Of a stretch of DNA of 64,000 nucleotides, positions 1 to 12,800 are shown one piece after another. The position numbers and the translations under genes were made by a program. Under the pieces are notes generated by a model. That model searched no databases. It worked only from the letters and a program-made list of their open reading frames with translations, and was not told where the DNA came from. The first letter of the stretch is position 1. Every line of letters begins with the position of its first letter. Source of the DNA: an uncultured Alphaproteobacteria bacterium. GTDB taxonomy: Bacteria; Pseudomonadota; Alphaproteobacteria; Rhizobiales; Afifellaceae. The stretch is from contig CAWFEM010000008.1 in NCBI GenBank assembly GCA_963814905.1, positions 141,282 to 205,281 of the forward strand, written 5' to 3'.

Positions 1-631
1 GGATGGATTCCACGAGATACTGATAGGATTCCGCGTCGCCGGCGACGGCGTGTCCGAGCCGCGGGATGACGTTGAAGGAAAAAGCGTCGTAGAGGCGGTC
101 GAGCATCGGCGTCTCCACCGCGGAGAATTCCAGGCAGAGGAAGCGCCCGCCATGCTTCAGCACGCGAAACGCCTCGCTGAGCGCGGCCTCGATGCGCGGC
201 ACGTTGCGGATGCCGAAGGCGATCGTGAAGGCGTCGAAGCTCGCGGTCTCGAACGGAAGCGTCTCGGCGTTTCCCTCCACGAAGGCGACGTTTGCGAAGC
301 CGCGCTTCTCGGCCCGCGCGCGGCCGACATCGAGCATCGACGCGTTGATGTCGACGACCGTGCAGTCGGCGTGCCCGTCGGAGCGCTCCGAAACGCGGAA
401 GGCGATGTCGCCGGTGCCGCCTGCGACGTCCACCAGCAGCCAGGGCCGGCCGCGCTTCGGCGGATTGAGCGCGGAGACCATGGCGCTTTTCCAGGCGCGG
501 TGCAGGCCGCCGGACATCAGATCGTTCATGAGATCGTAGCGCCGCGCGACGCTGGAGAAGACGTCGTCGACCATCGCCTGCTTGTCGGAAAGCGGGACGT
601 TCTCGAAGCCGAAGGAAACGCGGTCACTCAT
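1..631 (-). CDS. ubiE: Ubiquinone/menaquinone biosynthesis C-methyltransferase UbiE (N-terminal ~210 aa; C-terminus runs off the window start)
   Basis: Own minus-strand translation from ATG 631-629 gives [48 protein letters not shown]...[14 protein letters not shown]...[11 protein letters not shown]...YQYLVESI. This shows the SAM-MTase glycine loop and UbiE-typical blocks. The ORF is absent from the track because it is open at the window edge. Track ORFs 50..700(+) and 192..539(+) are its antisense shadows. Confidence 0.9.
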   Translation of the reverse strand, partial: MSDRVSFGFENVPLSDKQAMVDDVFSSVARRYDLMNDLMSGGLHRAWKSAMVSALNPPKRGRPWLLVDVAGGTGDIAFRVSERSDGHADCTVVDINASMLDVGRARAEKRGFANVAFVEGNAETLPFETASFDAFTIAFGIRNVPRIEAALSEAFRVLKHGGRFLCLEFSAVETPMLDRLYDAFSFNVIPRLGHAVAGDAESYQYLVESI

Positions 632-725
632 GGTTCGGCGGTGTTTTGCTGTATGAAGCCCGCGCGGACCATAAAGGAACGCGTCTTGCCGCGCCATTAA
701 GGCGGGAACCCTGGGAAAAGCCCGA

Positions 726-1610
726 ATGCCCGAGCTTCCGGAAGTGGAGACGGTCCGGCGCGGCCTTGAGCCCGTGCTGGCGGGCGCGAGGATCGCGCGG
801 GTCGAGCAGAGACGGCCGGATCTGCGCTTTCCCCTGCCAAAACGGTTTGCCGCACGCCTGACCGGCCGCCGCGTCACCGCGCTTCGCCGCCGCGCCAAAT
901 ACCTGCTGGCGGAACTCGACGACGGCAATGTGCTTCTCATGCACCTCGGGATGTCGGGGTCGTTCCGGGTGGAGAGCGATGCCATCGTCCGCCAGGCGGG
1001 GATCGATCCCCGCTACTATCCGGCCGGCAAGGACAGCGCCCACGACCACGTCGTGATCCACCTGAAGGGGGGCACGCGCGTCGTCTATAACGATCCGCGC
1101 CGCTTCGGCTTCATGCTTCTCGTTGCGCCGCGTGCGCTGGCCGGGCATCCGCTCCTGAAAGGGCTTGGCCTGGAGCCGACCGGCAACGAATTGTCGGCCG
1201 AAGCGCTCAGCCCCCGCTTCAAGGGCCGCGCCGCGCCTTTGAAGGCGGTGCTTTCCGACCAGCGGGTGATTGCCGGGCTCGGGAACATCTATGTCTGCGA
1301 GGCGCTGTGGCGCGCGCGGCTTTCGCCGCGTCGCGCCGCCGGAACCCTGGTCCGGGCGGACGGCAAACCGACCGAGCGGCTTCAGCGCCTCGTGGAGGCG
1401 GTGCGGGCGGTGATTGCGGAGGCCGTCGCGGCGGGCGGCTCTTCTCTGCGCGACTACGTGCAGGCGAATGGCGAACTCGGCCTGTTCCAGCATCGTTTCG
1501 CCGTCTATGACCGCGAGGGGAGCCCGTGCCCGCGCGCCGACGGCGGCACGATCCGGCGCATCGTTCAATCCGGCCGCTCGACCTTCTATTGTCCGGTCTG
1601 CCAGCGGTAA
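726..1610 (+). CDS. mutM: Formamidopyrimidine-DNA glycosylase (Fpg/MutM)
   Basis: Track ORF of 294 aa. It has the catalytic N-terminus MPELPEVE and the C-terminal zinc finger ...STFYCPVCQ. It lies divergent from ubiE, as in many alphaproteobacteria. Confidence 0.95.
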   Translation: MPELPEVETVRRGLEPVLAGARIARVEQRRPDLRFPLPKRFAARLTGRRVTALRRRAKYLLAELDDGNVLLMHLGMSGSFRVESDAIVRQAGIDPRYYPAGKDSAHDHVVIHLKGGTRVVYNDPRRFGFMLLVAPRALAGHPLLKGLGLEPTGNELSAEALSPRFKGRAAPLKAVLSDQRVIAGLGNIYVCEALWRARLSPRRAAGTLVRADGKPTERLQRLVEAVRAVIAEAVAAGGSSLRDYVQANGELGLFQHRFAVYDREGSPCPRADGGTIRRIVQSGRSTFYCPVCQR

Positions 1611-1643
1611 GCCGCCAATCGCCAATTCAACCTGGAGGGCTTG

Positions 1644-2417
1644 ATGGCCTACGAGAACATCCTGGTCGAGCGCCACGGCCGCGCAGGGCTGATCCGGCTG
1701 AACAGTCCCAAGACCCTGAACGCGTTGTCGAAGAGCCTGGTCGCCGACGTGAACGATGCGCTCAGCGCCTTCGAAGCGGACGAAGGGATCGGCGCGATCG
1801 TCATCACCGGCTCTGAAAAGGCGTTCTGCGCCGGCGCCAATATCCGCGAGGTCGCGGGCGCCGATTTCGAGACGGTCTACCGCGACGACCCGGTGCGCGA
1901 ATGGGACCGCGTCGCGGATTGCCGCAAGCCGATCGTCGCGGCGGTCGCCGGATACGCGCTCGGCGGCGGCTGCGAGCTTGCCATGATGTGCGACATCATC
2001 CTTGCCGCCGACACCGCGAAATTCGGCCAGCCGGAGATCACGCTCGGCATTATTCCGGGCGCCGGCGGCACGCAGCGCCTGACCCGCATGATCGGCAAGG
2101 CGAAGGCGATGGAGTTGTGCCTGACCGGACGGCTGATCGACGCCGCGGAGGCGGAGCGGGCGGGCCTTGTCTCCCGCATCGTCCCTGCGGCGGAACTGGT
2201 GGAGGAAGCGCTGAAGGTGGCCGAGAAGATCGCCTCCTTTCCGCTCTCTGCGGTGATGATGGCGAAGGAGAGCGTCAACCGTGCCGAGGAGACGCCGCTT
2301 TCGGAGGGGCTGCGCTTCGAGCGCCGGCTCTTCCACGCGCTTTTCTCGACCGAGGACCAGAAGGAGGGGATGGCCGCCTTCCTGGAGAAGCGCGCCCCGA
2401 AGTTCCGCGGCGTCTGA
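1644..2417 (+). CDS. Enoyl-CoA hydratase (crotonase family)
   Basis: Track ORF 1641..2417 starts at TTG and was trimmed to ATG 1644, which follows GGAGGG at 1634-1639. Crotonase blocks are present: [44 protein letters not shown]. Confidence 0.9.
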   Translation: MAYENILVERHGRAGLIRLNSPKTLNALSKSLVADVNDALSAFEADEGIGAIVITGSEKAFCAGANIREVAGADFETVYRDDPVREWDRVADCRKPIVAAVAGYALGGGCELAMMCDIILAADTAKFGQPEITLGIIPGAGGTQRLTRMIGKAKAMELCLTGRLIDAAEAERAGLVSRIVPAAELVEEALKVAEKIASFPLSAVMMAKESVNRAEETPLSEGLRFERRLFHALFSTEDQKEGMAAFLEKRAPKFRGV

Positions 2418-2439
2418 GGTCGAAAAACCCGCGCTTTTC

Positions 2440-2468
2440 CTTGACGGGAGGGGGCGCGATACCTATAG
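2440..2468 (+). promoter_or_regulatory. Candidate sigma70-type promoter of rpsT
   Basis: CTTGAC (2440-2445), a 17-nt spacer, then CTATAG (2463-2468). This matches the alphaproteobacterial consensus CTTGAC-N17-CTATAT. It lies ~110 nt upstream of the rpsT ATG, and the leader contains an 8-bp hairpin acccgcgg/ccgcgggt. Confidence 0.5.
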
Positions 2469-2579
2469 GACTGCGCTCAAACCCGCGGCCGCGACCGCGG
2501 GTGTCCTTTATCGCGGTCCCGCGCCGCTTTCCCGGCGCGCCGCCCCGGTCGGAAGACCCGGAAGACTTAAGGAACGAAC

Positions 2580-2843
2580 ATGGCGAATACCCCGTCGGCC
2601 AAGAAGGCCATGCGCAAGATGACGCGCCGGACGGCGATCAACAAAGTTCCGCGCACGCGCATGCGCGGCTTCATCCGCAAGGTCGAAGAGGCGATCGCCT
2701 CCGGCGACAAGGCGGCGGCGCGCGCCGCGCTGCAGGCGGCGCAGTCGCAGATCATGAAGGCCGCCTCCAGAGGCATCGTCCATCGCAACACCGCCTCGCG
2801 CAAAGTCTCGCGTCTCAACCATCGCGTCGAAGCGCTTGCCTGA
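2580..2843 (+). CDS. rpsT: 30S ribosomal protein S20
   Basis: 87 aa basic protein [22 protein letters not shown]...[16 protein letters not shown], a typical S20 sequence and length. Confidence 0.95.
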   Translation: MANTPSAKKAMRKMTRRTAINKVPRTRMRGFIRKVEEAIASGDKAAARAALQAAQSQIMKAASRGIVHRNTASRKVSRLNHRVEALA

Positions 2844-2871
2844 GGTCGTTGAGACGTCACTCGAACAAAAA

Positions 2872-2900
2872 GGCTCGATCCATTCGGATCGGGCCTTTTT
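2872..2900 (+). terminator. Rho-independent terminator after rpsT
   Basis: ggctcgatcc-attc-ggatcgggcc forms a 10-bp stem with one G-U pair. It is followed by TTTTT, 29 nt after the rpsT stop. Confidence 0.7.
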
Positions 2901-3483
2901 CGTTACTGCGTGGTGTGACAAGGGCTTACAGGTAGTCGCGGCGACAAGCGGTAACGGACTTCCGCGGATTTCATTGGGCGGGCGAGTCTGGTCGCTGCGA
3001 CACTCACTAAATTCACGATAGATCGCAATTGGTTAACGACGAGAGCGAAAGCGGGCCTCGATTTCGGATGCGGTCAGTGTGAGTCAAGGCGCGCGCAGAA
3101 AAAAAACATGATGTGACTTTCGCATCGCATCGTCGCGGCGCACTCAGTGCAATTGATTTGGTATCACCGAGGCTTGCCATAATTTCGCCTATCGGCCCGT
3201 CGCGTCCCTCGTCGCCCCGATCGTCTCAGCCACCTCTTGACCCGTTTACTAGCGAACTCGGTTTGCTATGGTCTCGGCGGACGGGGCGAGCCCGGCAGCG
3301 GAACGAGTAAGTAAGAGGCGGTGGGAGCGAAGTTCCAAAAAGCGTCCTCCTGCGCGAAGAAGGTTTTTCGTTCCTCGTAGAGTCAAGTTGCCTGCGTCGC
3401 GTCTCTCCCATCTGGGAGTTCATGGCATGCTCTCCGTGTCGGGGGCTGCCGTTTCTATCTCGATTGCGTAGAGGCGTGGCCGA

Positions 3484-3951
3484 ATGCGTTCGGCCGCAAC
3501 GGGGGTGCTTTGTCTGATGCCGCAGGGGTATCTGGCCGATGCGACGCCGAGGGAGACGTGGGACGTCCTGGCGAGTGAGCCGAAGGCTGCGCTCGTCGAC
3601 GTGCGCACCGCCGCGGAGTGGAGCTATGTCGGCCTGCCCGATCTCTCTGCGATTGAAGTCCCGCTGTTGCGTGTCGAGTGGCAGCTGTTTCCCTCCGGCG
3701 CCGTCAATCGAGAGTTCGTTGAGGCGTTGTCGGATGCGTTGGACACGGCGGGCGTCGGGCGGGACGGGCCGCTCTACTTCATCTGCCGCTCCGGCGCGCG
3801 CAGCGCCTCGGCGGCGGCGGCGATGACGGAGGCGGGTTATGCGCGTTGCTACAACGTGGCGGGCGGCTTCGAAGGGCCGCGCGACGCGGAGGGGCACCGC
3901 GGCACGGTTGAAGGCTGGAAGGCGGCGGGTCTGCCGTGGGTCCAGGCGTGA
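3484..3951 (+). CDS. Rhodanese-like (sulfurtransferase) single-domain protein
   Basis: The track ORF contains the active-site loop context ...LYFICRSGARSASAAAAMTEAGYARCYNVAGGFEG (CRSGxR). The start is uncertain; the in-frame ATG at 3517 (MPQGY...) is an alternative. Confidence 0.75.
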   Translation: MRSAATGVLCLMPQGYLADATPRETWDVLASEPKAALVDVRTAAEWSYVGLPDLSAIEVPLLRVEWQLFPSGAVNREFVEALSDALDTAGVGRDGPLYFICRSGARSASAAAAMTEAGYARCYNVAGGFEGPRDAEGHRGTVEGWKAAGLPWVQA

Positions 3952-4018
3952 GCGTCATTCCTCGGTATGCGTGTGCGTTTGAGAACAAACACATGAAATT
4001 TGATCTTGGAGGCCTTGA

Positions 4019-5470
4019 ATGTCAGCGGGTGCGGCAAGCGAGCGGGAGTTCGCCGGAAAAGACCCCGATGGGGCCGATTCTGCGAACAAAAAAGAAGCCG
4101 CCGGCATATGGGATCGCGTAAGACGCCGGCTACGCGCGGAATTGGGTGAAGACGTTTTCAGTTCTTGGTTCGCCAGAGTCGATCTTGAGAGTACCGACGC
4201 GGGCGTCGTACGCCTTTCGGTGCCGACGGTCTTTCTTAAGGGATGGATCAAATCCCATTACGGTGACCGCATGCTCGCGCTTTGGCGCGAGGAGGATGCG
4301 AACGTGCGCCGCGTCGATGTCCTGCGGCGGACGGCGCTCAGGGTGGTTCAGGAGGAGCCGCGTTCCGCATTGGCCGGCCGGCCCGCACAGGCGCCGGCGG
4401 CCGAGATTGCCGGCGATCGCTTCGGCGGCTCGCCGCTCGATCCGCGGCTGACTTTCGTGACCTTTTGCGAAGGCCGTTCAAACGACGTCGCATGCCGCGC
4501 CGCGCGTGCCGTCGCATCTGCGCCGGAAGGGAGCGCGCCGCCCTACAACCCGCTCTATATCCATGCGGGCGTGGGGCTCGGGAAGACGCACCTCCTTCAG
4601 GCCATCGCCAACGAGGCGCGCGCGCTCAATCCGAGCCGTCGCGTCCGCTACCTGACGGTGGAGCGCTTCACGATCCAGTTCGTCGGAGCGTTGCGCGACC
4701 GCTCCGCGCTCGACTTCAAGGAGCAGCTTCGCTCGATCGACATCCTCCTGATCGACGACATGCAGTTCCTGACCGGGCGCGCCGTGCAGCAGGAGTTCTG
4801 CCACATGCTGAACCAGCTCCTCGACAGCGGCAAGCAGGTGGTTGTCGCCGCCGATCGGCCGCCGGCGGAGCTGGAAGGGGTCGACGAGCGCGTGCGCTCG
4901 CGAATGAAGGGCGGTGTCGTCGTCGGCATGGCGCCACCGGACCTCGCCATGCGCCGGCGCATATTGGAGAACCGGCTCGCCGCCGCCTGCGACCGCAACC
5001 CGAGCCTCGTCATCCCCGAGCCGGTGCTCGACTACGTGGCGCAGGTGGTGACCAGCAACGGCCGCGATCTCGACGGAGCGCTGAACCGTCTCGTCTGCCG
5101 CTCCGAATTCTCCGACGCGGCGATGACGATGGAGGTCGCCGAGATGGCGATCGCCGACCTCGTCGGCGTGCGCGAACCGAGGCGCATCCGCATCGAGGAC
5201 ATCCAGAAGGTCGTTGCCAGCCACTACAACGTCTCCAAGCAGGACCTTCTGTCGGCGCGGCGTACCCGCGCCATTGTGCGACCGCGCCAGATCGCGATGT
5301 ACCTGGCGAAAACGATGACGCCGCGCTCCTTCCCGGAGATCGGCAAACGCTTCGGCGGACGCGACCACACCACCGTACTGCATGCTGTGCGTAAGGTGGA
5401 GGAGCTTGCCGCCGCGGACGAGACGCTGGCCCAGGAGATCGAGCTTTTGAAGCGCTTGATCCAGGATTAG
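4019..5470 (+). CDS. dnaA: Chromosomal replication initiator protein DnaA
   Basis: 483 aa with GGAGG 6 nt upstream of the ATG. It has N-terminal [17 protein letters not shown], Walker [11 protein letters not shown], Walker B LLIDDMQF, and the C-terminal DNA-binding domain ...[10 protein letters not shown]...[15 protein letters not shown]. Confidence 0.97.
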   Translation: MSAGAASEREFAGKDPDGADSANKKEAAGIWDRVRRRLRAELGEDVFSSWFARVDLESTDAGVVRLSVPTVFLKGWIKSHYGDRMLALWREEDANVRRVDVLRRTALRVVQEEPRSALAGRPAQAPAAEIAGDRFGGSPLDPRLTFVTFCEGRSNDVACRAARAVASAPEGSAPPYNPLYIHAGVGLGKTHLLQAIANEARALNPSRRVRYLTVERFTIQFVGALRDRSALDFKEQLRSIDILLIDDMQFLTGRAVQQEFCHMLNQLLDSGKQVVVAADRPPAELEGVDERVRSRMKGGVVVGMAPPDLAMRRRILENRLAAACDRNPSLVIPEPVLDYVAQVVTSNGRDLDGALNRLVCRSEFSDAAMTMEVAEMAIADLVGVREPRRIRIEDIQKVVASHYNVSKQDLLSARRTRAIVRPRQIAMYLAKTMTPRSFPEIGKRFGGRDHTTVLHAVRKVEELAAADETLAQEIELLKRLIQD

Positions 5471-5484
5471 CGTCTGCCGCGAGT

Positions 5485-5551
5485 GCCGGAAGGGGCCGTC
5501 GCGACCCGCCTCCCTGGGCGCGACCGGCGCTCCTTCCGGCTCTTGTCTTTC
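5485..5551 (+). terminator. Candidate terminator / structured element after dnaA
   Basis: A long hairpin forms between gccggaagg (5485-5493) and ccttccggc (5532-5540), with an inner gtcgcg/cgcgac pairing. It is followed by the T-rich tcttgtctttc. Confidence 0.45.
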
Positions 5552-5630
5552 ATGACATGCCGGGTCAAGTTCCTGCGTTGCCAATGGCCGGGCATCCACC
5601 GATTCTGCCCGGTCTCCACGGATTGAAATC

Positions 5631-6746
5631 ATGCGCGTCAGAATTGAACGGGCGAACCTCCTAAAGGCGCTCAACCACGTCCATCGGGTCGTCGAGCGGC
5701 GAAACACGATCCCGATCCTCGCCAACGTGCTGCTCAAGGCGGAGGGCGACGAATTATCGCTGAAAGCCACCGACCTCGACCTGGAGATCGTCGACAAAGC
5801 GCCCGCCGCCGTCGAGCAGCCGGGCGCCGCCACCGTCCCCGCCCACATGCTCTACGACATCGTTCGCAAGCTGCCGGACGGGGCGGAGATCGCGCTCGAC
5901 ACCGAATCCGGGCAGTCGATGGCGCTGAAGGCCGGACGCGCCCGTTTCGCGCTGCAAATGCTGCCGGATTCCGACTTTCCCGATCTGAACGCCGGCGACC
6001 TGCCGGTCGCCTTCACGCTCACCGCCGAGGTGCTGAAGCGGCTGATCGATCGCACGCAGTTCGCCATCTCCACCGAGGAGACGCGCTACTATCTGAACGG
6101 CATCTATTTCCACGTGGTCGGCGAGGGCGCCGATGCGCGGCTGCGCGCGGTTGCGACCGACGGGCATCGGCTCGCCAAGGCGGAAGTGCCGGCCCCGAAG
6201 GGAAGCGCCGGCATGCCCGGGATCATCGTGCCACGGAAGACCGTCGGCGAGATCCAGAAGCTCTTGGAGGACCCGACCGCCGACGTCGCCGTTAGCCTTT
6301 CCGATTCCAAGATCAGGCTGGCGATGGGCGAAATGGTGCTCACCTCCAAGCTGATCGACGGCACCTTCCCCGACTACGAGCGCGTGATCCCGAAGGCGAA
6401 CGACAAGGTGCTGACCCTCGACAAGTCGGAGTTCAAGAACGCCGTCGACCGCGTCTCCACCATCTCCTCTGACCGCGGCCGGGCCGTGAAGCTCAGCTTG
6501 GCGGACGACAAGATGACGCTCGCGGTGAACAATCCGGATTCCGGCTCGGCCACCGACGAACTCGCCGTCGGCTATGAGGCGGAGCCGCTCGATATCGGCT
6601 TCAATTCCAAGTATCTGCTCGATATCGCCGACCAGCTCACCAGCGAGGAAGCGATCTTCAAGCTCGCCGATCCGGGCTCGCCCACGCTCATCCAGGATGC
6701 CGGCGACGGCGACGCGATCTACGTGCTGATGCCGATGCGGGTGTGA
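5631..6746 (+). CDS. dnaN: DNA polymerase III beta sliding clamp
   Basis: 371 aa; MRVRIERANLLKALNHVHRVVERRNTIPILANVLL...YVLMPMRV. It sits in the canonical position after dnaA. Confidence 0.97.
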   Translation: MRVRIERANLLKALNHVHRVVERRNTIPILANVLLKAEGDELSLKATDLDLEIVDKAPAAVEQPGAATVPAHMLYDIVRKLPDGAEIALDTESGQSMALKAGRARFALQMLPDSDFPDLNAGDLPVAFTLTAEVLKRLIDRTQFAISTEETRYYLNGIYFHVVGEGADARLRAVATDGHRLAKAEVPAPKGSAGMPGIIVPRKTVGEIQKLLEDPTADVAVSLSDSKIRLAMGEMVLTSKLIDGTFPDYERVIPKANDKVLTLDKSEFKNAVDRVSTISSDRGRAVKLSLADDKMTLAVNNPDSGSATDELAVGYEAEPLDIGFNSKYLLDIADQLTSEEAIFKLADPGSPTLIQDAGDGDAIYVLMPMRV

Positions 6747-7948
6747 GTCGCGGCCCCGCCGCGCCGGATGCCTTGCCGTTAGAACCGCCCGCCGCGACGC
6801 CCGCGCCCGACCGCGTGACGCTGAGCGCGCTCGCGCTCACCGACTTCCGCAACTATTCAACCGCGCGCCTCGCGCCGGAAGCAGCGCTTGTGGCGCTGAC
6901 CGGCGAGAACGGCGCCGGCAAGACAAACCTGCTTGAGGCGATCTCGCTGCTGACACCCGGACGCGGGCTCCGCCGCGCGCGCTACGAGGAGATCACGCGG
7001 ATCGGCGCGCCTGCGGGCTGGGCCGTGTCCGCAACGATTTCGCGCAACGGCGAGGAGGCCCGCCTCGGCACCGGGCTTGCAGAGAACGGCGCTGGGGACG
7101 CGCGCCCCCAGGATCAACGACGCGTCGTTCGGATCAACGGCGCGCCGGCCGCGTCCGCCGATCTTCTTCTCGAATATCTCCGCGTGCTTTGGCTGACGCC
7201 GGCCATGGATGGGCTCTTCACCGGTCCGGGGTCGGAGCGGCGGCGCTTCCTCGACCGGCTCGTCCTGGCGATCAACTCCGCCCACGGACGCCGCGTCAGG
7301 GAATTCGACAGGCTGATGACACAGCGGAACCGCCTGCTCGACGAGAATGCCGGCGCACGATGGCTCGACGCCGTGGAGGCGGAGCTTTCCGGCCGCGCCA
7401 TCGCCGTGGCGCTGGCGCGCGCGGAGACGGTGACGCTCCTTTCCGCCCGCATGGAGCGCGCGGAGGCTTCGCTCTTCCCCGCCGGGCGGCTATCGCTTCT
7501 CGGCGACTTCGACGCTGCGCTGGCCGGACGCAGCGCCGCGGAGGCGGAGCTTGCCTATCGCGAGGCCCTAGGCCTCGGCCGTGCCGCCGACCGGGCCGCA
7601 GGCCGGACCCTCTCCGGCCCGCACCGCAGCGATCTCGACGTCGTTCTCGTGGCAAAGGAGATGCCCGCCGCCCGCTCCTCGACCGGCGAGCAGAAGGCGC
7701 TGCTGATCGGGCTGATCCTCGCCTATGCCGAGATCGTCGCGGAAACGAGCGGGATGACACCGCTCCTGCTCCTCGACGAGGTGGCGGCGCATCTCGATCA
7801 GGGCCGGCGTCTGGCGCTTTTTGAGCGGCTTTCGAGGCTTGGCTGCCAGGCGTTCCTGACAGGTGCCGACCCGGCGCTTTTCGCTGACCTGCCGGCCGCC
7901 GCCGTCCGCTTTCGGGTGGCCGCGGGGACCGTCGGTCCGCTAGAGTGA
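6743..7948 (+). CDS. recF: DNA replication and repair protein RecF
   Basis: Walker A GENGAGKTNLLEAISLL, signature-like STGEQKALLIGL, and Walker B LLLDEVAAHLD are present. The GTG start at 6743 overlaps the dnaN TGA (GTGA). Confidence 0.93.
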   Translation: MSRGPAAPDALPLEPPAATPAPDRVTLSALALTDFRNYSTARLAPEAALVALTGENGAGKTNLLEAISLLTPGRGLRRARYEEITRIGAPAGWAVSATISRNGEEARLGTGLAENGAGDARPQDQRRVVRINGAPAASADLLLEYLRVLWLTPAMDGLFTGPGSERRRFLDRLVLAINSAHGRRVREFDRLMTQRNRLLDENAGARWLDAVEAELSGRAIAVALARAETVTLLSARMERAEASLFPAGRLSLLGDFDAALAGRSAAEAELAYREALGLGRAADRAAGRTLSGPHRSDLDVVLVAKEMPAARSSTGEQKALLIGLILAYAEIVAETSGMTPLLLLDEVAAHLDQGRRLALFERLSRLGCQAFLTGADPALFADLPAAAVRFRVAAGTVGPLE

Positions 7949-7964
7949 GCCAAAGGCATCGGCC

Positions 7965-8576
7965 ATGGATCCCGCCGCTCTCGCAATCTTCGCGCTCGTA
8001 CTCTTCGTCGCCGCCGCTTCGCCGGGACCGGCGATCGTGGCCCTCGTCGCGCGTGTGCTTATCCAAGGGACAGCGGGCGCGTTTGCATACATGCTCGGGC
8101 TCGCCGTCGGCGACCTCTTCTGGTTGACCTGCGCGGTTCTGGGCTTGGCTTTCGTCGCGAAGACGTTTGTGTGGCTGTTCCTGGCGCTGAAATATGCGGG
8201 CGCCGCCTACCTCCTTTATCTTGCGTGGCGGATGTGGACGGCGCCGGCCGAGGTGGCGACTACCGATGCGCCGAAGGCGGAGCACCCCTTCCGCCTCTTC
8301 CTGACCGCGCTTTCGATCATGCTTGGCAACCCTAAGGTGATGATCTTCTACCTCGCTTTGCTACCCAATCTGATCGATCTCGCCCACGTTTCCGCGCTCG
8401 GCTTTGCCGAACTGGCCGTGGTCACGGTCCTCGTGGTGACCACGGTTGACGGGGGCTACGTGCTGATGGCGGCGAGGGTCGGGAGGCTGCTTCGTCGGCC
8501 CACAATTATCCGCTCCGTGAGACGGGCTTCCGGCGCGCTCATGGCCGGCGCCGCGGCCGTTGTCGCAAGCCGCTGA
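7965..8576 (+). CDS. LysE/RhtB family amino-acid exporter
   Basis: 203 aa polytopic membrane protein. It has the family-typical N-terminus ...AASPGPAIVALVARVL and overall LysE-like length and topology. Confidence 0.85.
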   Translation: MDPAALAIFALVLFVAAASPGPAIVALVARVLIQGTAGAFAYMLGLAVGDLFWLTCAVLGLAFVAKTFVWLFLALKYAGAAYLLYLAWRMWTAPAEVATTDAPKAEHPFRLFLTALSIMLGNPKVMIFYLALLPNLIDLAHVSALGFAELAVVTVLVVTTVDGGYVLMAARVGRLLRRPTIIRSVRRASGALMAGAAAVVASR

Positions 8577-8661
8577 AAAACCTTAATTTTCCGGCATAAA
8601 GAAAGCGCTCGTGAAGGCCCTTTTGGGGCTTCATTTCCATGCCCGGAATGACCATCTATAA

Positions 8662-11157
<2,496 letters not shown>

Positions 11158-11274
11158 TCGAGGTAACCTTGTTACTCACAGGTTCCTCACGATTTACTGA
11201 GCGTGCGGATTAGGAATTCGACCGCCGCCGAGGCTCGGCTACTAAGACGCCGCAACACGCCTTACGGAGAACCA

Positions 11275-11676
11275 ATGTTCGACCGCCTTTCCGCGTATTC
11301 GCCTTACGCTCTCGCTGTCCTCAGAATCATCGTGGCCCTGCTCTTCATCGAGCACGGGACGATGAAGCTCTTCGGCTTTCCCTCCGCGATGCCGATGGAG
11401 GTATCGCTCTTCTCGTTGTTCGGGCTGGCGGGCGTGATTGAGATCGTCGGCGGGGTATTGATCCTGCTCGGGTTCTTCACTCGGATCGTCGCCTTCGTGC
11501 TTTCCGGGGAAATGGCCGTCGCCTATTTCATGGCGCACGCGCCGCAGGGCTTCTGGCCTGTCGTGAACCAGGGCGAGGCGGCGATCCTCTTCTGCTTCGC
11601 CTTCCTCTATCTCGTCTTCGCGGGGCCGGGCGCGTGGAGCGTGGACGGCGCAACGCATTCAAAAGCCTCCGCCTAA
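11275..11676 (+). CDS. DoxX family membrane protein
   Basis: The track ORF was trimmed to ATG 11275, preceded by GGAGA. The 133 aa sequence MFDRLSAYSPYALAVLRIIVALLFIEHGTMKLFGFP... has four TM segments, a typical DoxX pattern. Confidence 0.8.
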   Translation: MFDRLSAYSPYALAVLRIIVALLFIEHGTMKLFGFPSAMPMEVSLFSLFGLAGVIEIVGGVLILLGFFTRIVAFVLSGEMAVAYFMAHAPQGFWPVVNQGEAAILFCFAFLYLVFAGPGAWSVDGATHSKASA

Positions 11677-12095
11677 TCCTCCGGCGCGGGCCTTCCGCGC
11701 AGACGCTTCACGTCGCCGCGCTCGCTCTTCGCCTTGAGCCGCCGCGCCTTCGAGGCGAGGGTAGGCTTCGTCGGCCGACGCGCCTTCGGCACCACCGATG
11801 CGCGGCGGATCAGCGAGACGAGCCGCTCCAGCGCGTCGGCGCGGTTGCGCTCCTGCGTGCGGTAGCGGTCGGCGAAGATCACCACGACGCCGTCCTTGGT
11901 GAGCCGCGCGCCTGCAAGCCGCTCTACGCGTGCCTTGACGGGCTCGGGCAAGGAGGGCGAGCGGCGCGCGTCGAAGCGAAGCTGCACGGCGGTCGCGAGC
12001 TTGTTGACGTTCTGCCCGCCGGGGCCGGAGGCGCGCACGAAGCTCTCCGAAATTTCCCATTCGGCTATGGCGATGTCGTCGGTGACGCGGATCAT
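11673..12095 (-). CDS. arfB: Alternative ribosome-rescue factor ArfB (YaeJ-type peptidyl-tRNA hydrolase)
   Basis: Trimmed to the internal ATG at 12095, giving 140 aa. It has the GGQ motif SGPGGQNVNK and a basic C-terminal tail KARRPTKPTLASKARRLKAKSERGDVKRLR. Its stop overlaps the DoxX stop in convergent orientation. Confidence 0.85.
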   Translation of the reverse strand: MIRVTDDIAIAEWEISESFVRASGPGGQNVNKLATAVQLRFDARRSPSLPEPVKARVERLAGARLTKDGVVVIFADRYRTQERNRADALERLVSLIRRASVVPKARRPTKPTLASKARRLKAKSERGDVKRLRGRPAPED

Positions 12096-12105
12096 GCCAC
12101 GAGAT

Positions 12106-12175
12106 TTAGAGCATCGTCCTGAAAAGTGGGAACCGGTTTTCCCGCCTTCGTGAAGCCGCTTCGGCGGGCGAAGCA
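12106..12175. repeat. Short Rhizobiales-type intergenic repeat (spurious translation ...ENRFPLFRTML*) with an adjacent GC hairpin
   Basis: The minus-strand reading of 12106-12141 gives ENRFPLFRTML-stop, with GKPVPTFQDDAL and KTGSHFSGRCS in the other frames. I recognise this peptide pattern from many spurious small ORFs in Bradyrhizobiaceae/Methylobacteriaceae genomes. It is followed by the hairpin cccgcc...ggcggg. Only one clear copy is present in this window. Confidence 0.3.
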
Positions 12176-12361
12176 AGGTCGAATGAGGCCATGCCCGGGC
12201 ACGACGCATGATCCGGAGAGCATACCTTGGCCTTGACCCGGGGCGGGGGCCGCTCTTGGGGGCCGTGACGCGCCGAGGAGCGGGGCTTCACGCGCGCGGC
12301 GCGCTTGCATTGCGGGCCGCGCCCGGATCGGCTATGAGCCGAGCTTGCGACTTGGACGCAA

Positions 12362-12438
12362 GCACCCGTAGCTCAGCTGGATAGAGTGCTGCCCTCCGAA
12401 GGCAGAGGTCACAGGTTCGAATCCTGTCGGGTGCGCCA
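12362..12438 (+). tRNA. tRNA-Arg (anticodon CCG)
   Basis: The sequence folds by hand into a cloverleaf. Acceptor stem is gcacccg/cgggtgc, D-arm gctcagctggatagagt, anticodon stem ctgcc/ggcag with loop cTCCGaa (CCG), T-arm acaggttcgaatcctgt, and an encoded CCA. Confidence 0.9.
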
Positions 12439-12619
12439 ATCTTTTCAATAAGTTAGGGCGTTCGCTCAAGCGGCCTTTGCTTCCCGCGGAAGCATGGCGG
12501 AAGCAGCTGGAAGGGCGCTCTTGGACAGATTGTCGCGTTTTCGTCGGAGTGGCCCGCCTTGGCACCGTCGGCGGCACGCTCATGTTCGGTCTGCGCCAAA
12601 ATCCGCGAGGAATCTCCCT

Positions 12620-12800
12620 CGCCGTCTGATGGCCGAGATTGGCCTGAGCGAGCGCCGGAGCTGCCGGATCGTCGGTCTGGCGCGTTCGGTGCAGCAATAT
12701 CATCCGGTCGTGCGCAACGATGCCGAGGTCATCGCCCCGCTGCGTTCACCAGGAGAACCGGCTTCGGACGGCGAGATGGCAGCAACTGCCGTGTCGACGA
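12620..12800 (+). pseudogene. Degenerate IS3-family transposase fragment (HTH region only, frameshifted and truncated)
   Basis: The frame of ORF 12494..12928 reads ...[41 protein letters not shown]. This resembles the conserved (V/L)SERRACR(L/V)LG..RS...Y segment at the N-terminus of IS3/IS481-type transposases. The similarity breaks off after ~12740 and no DDE domain follows. It lies directly downstream of the tRNA-Arg. Confidence 0.45.

Noticed and set aside
624-2336. Very long ORFs antisense to, or out of frame with, recognisable genes. Examples are 624..2336(-), 4478..5848(-), 7296..8285(-), 8656..9600(-), 26012..27241(-), 32408..33820(+), 35062..36444(+), 52591..53973(+), 59356..61260(-) and 61904..63685(-).
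   Set aside because: Each lies opposite or overlapping a gene with unmistakable family motifs. Their translations are Arg/Ala/Gly/Pro-rich low-complexity strings typical of non-coding frames in about 67% GC DNA. None shows a recognisable motif.
2901-4018. Possible chromosomal origin (oriC) in the long non-coding stretch between rpsT and dnaA, which also contains the rhodanese gene.
   Set aside because: I found no cluster of DnaA boxes (TTATCCACA / TGATCCACA or complements), no CtrA-type TTAA-N7-TTAA sites and no marked AT-rich unwinding element. In Alphaproteobacteria oriC is usually near hemE rather than dnaA. The three GANTC sites (about 2984, 3083, 3382) are not clearly above chance. The region probably holds dnaA and rhodanese promoters. 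An sRNA cannot be excluded.
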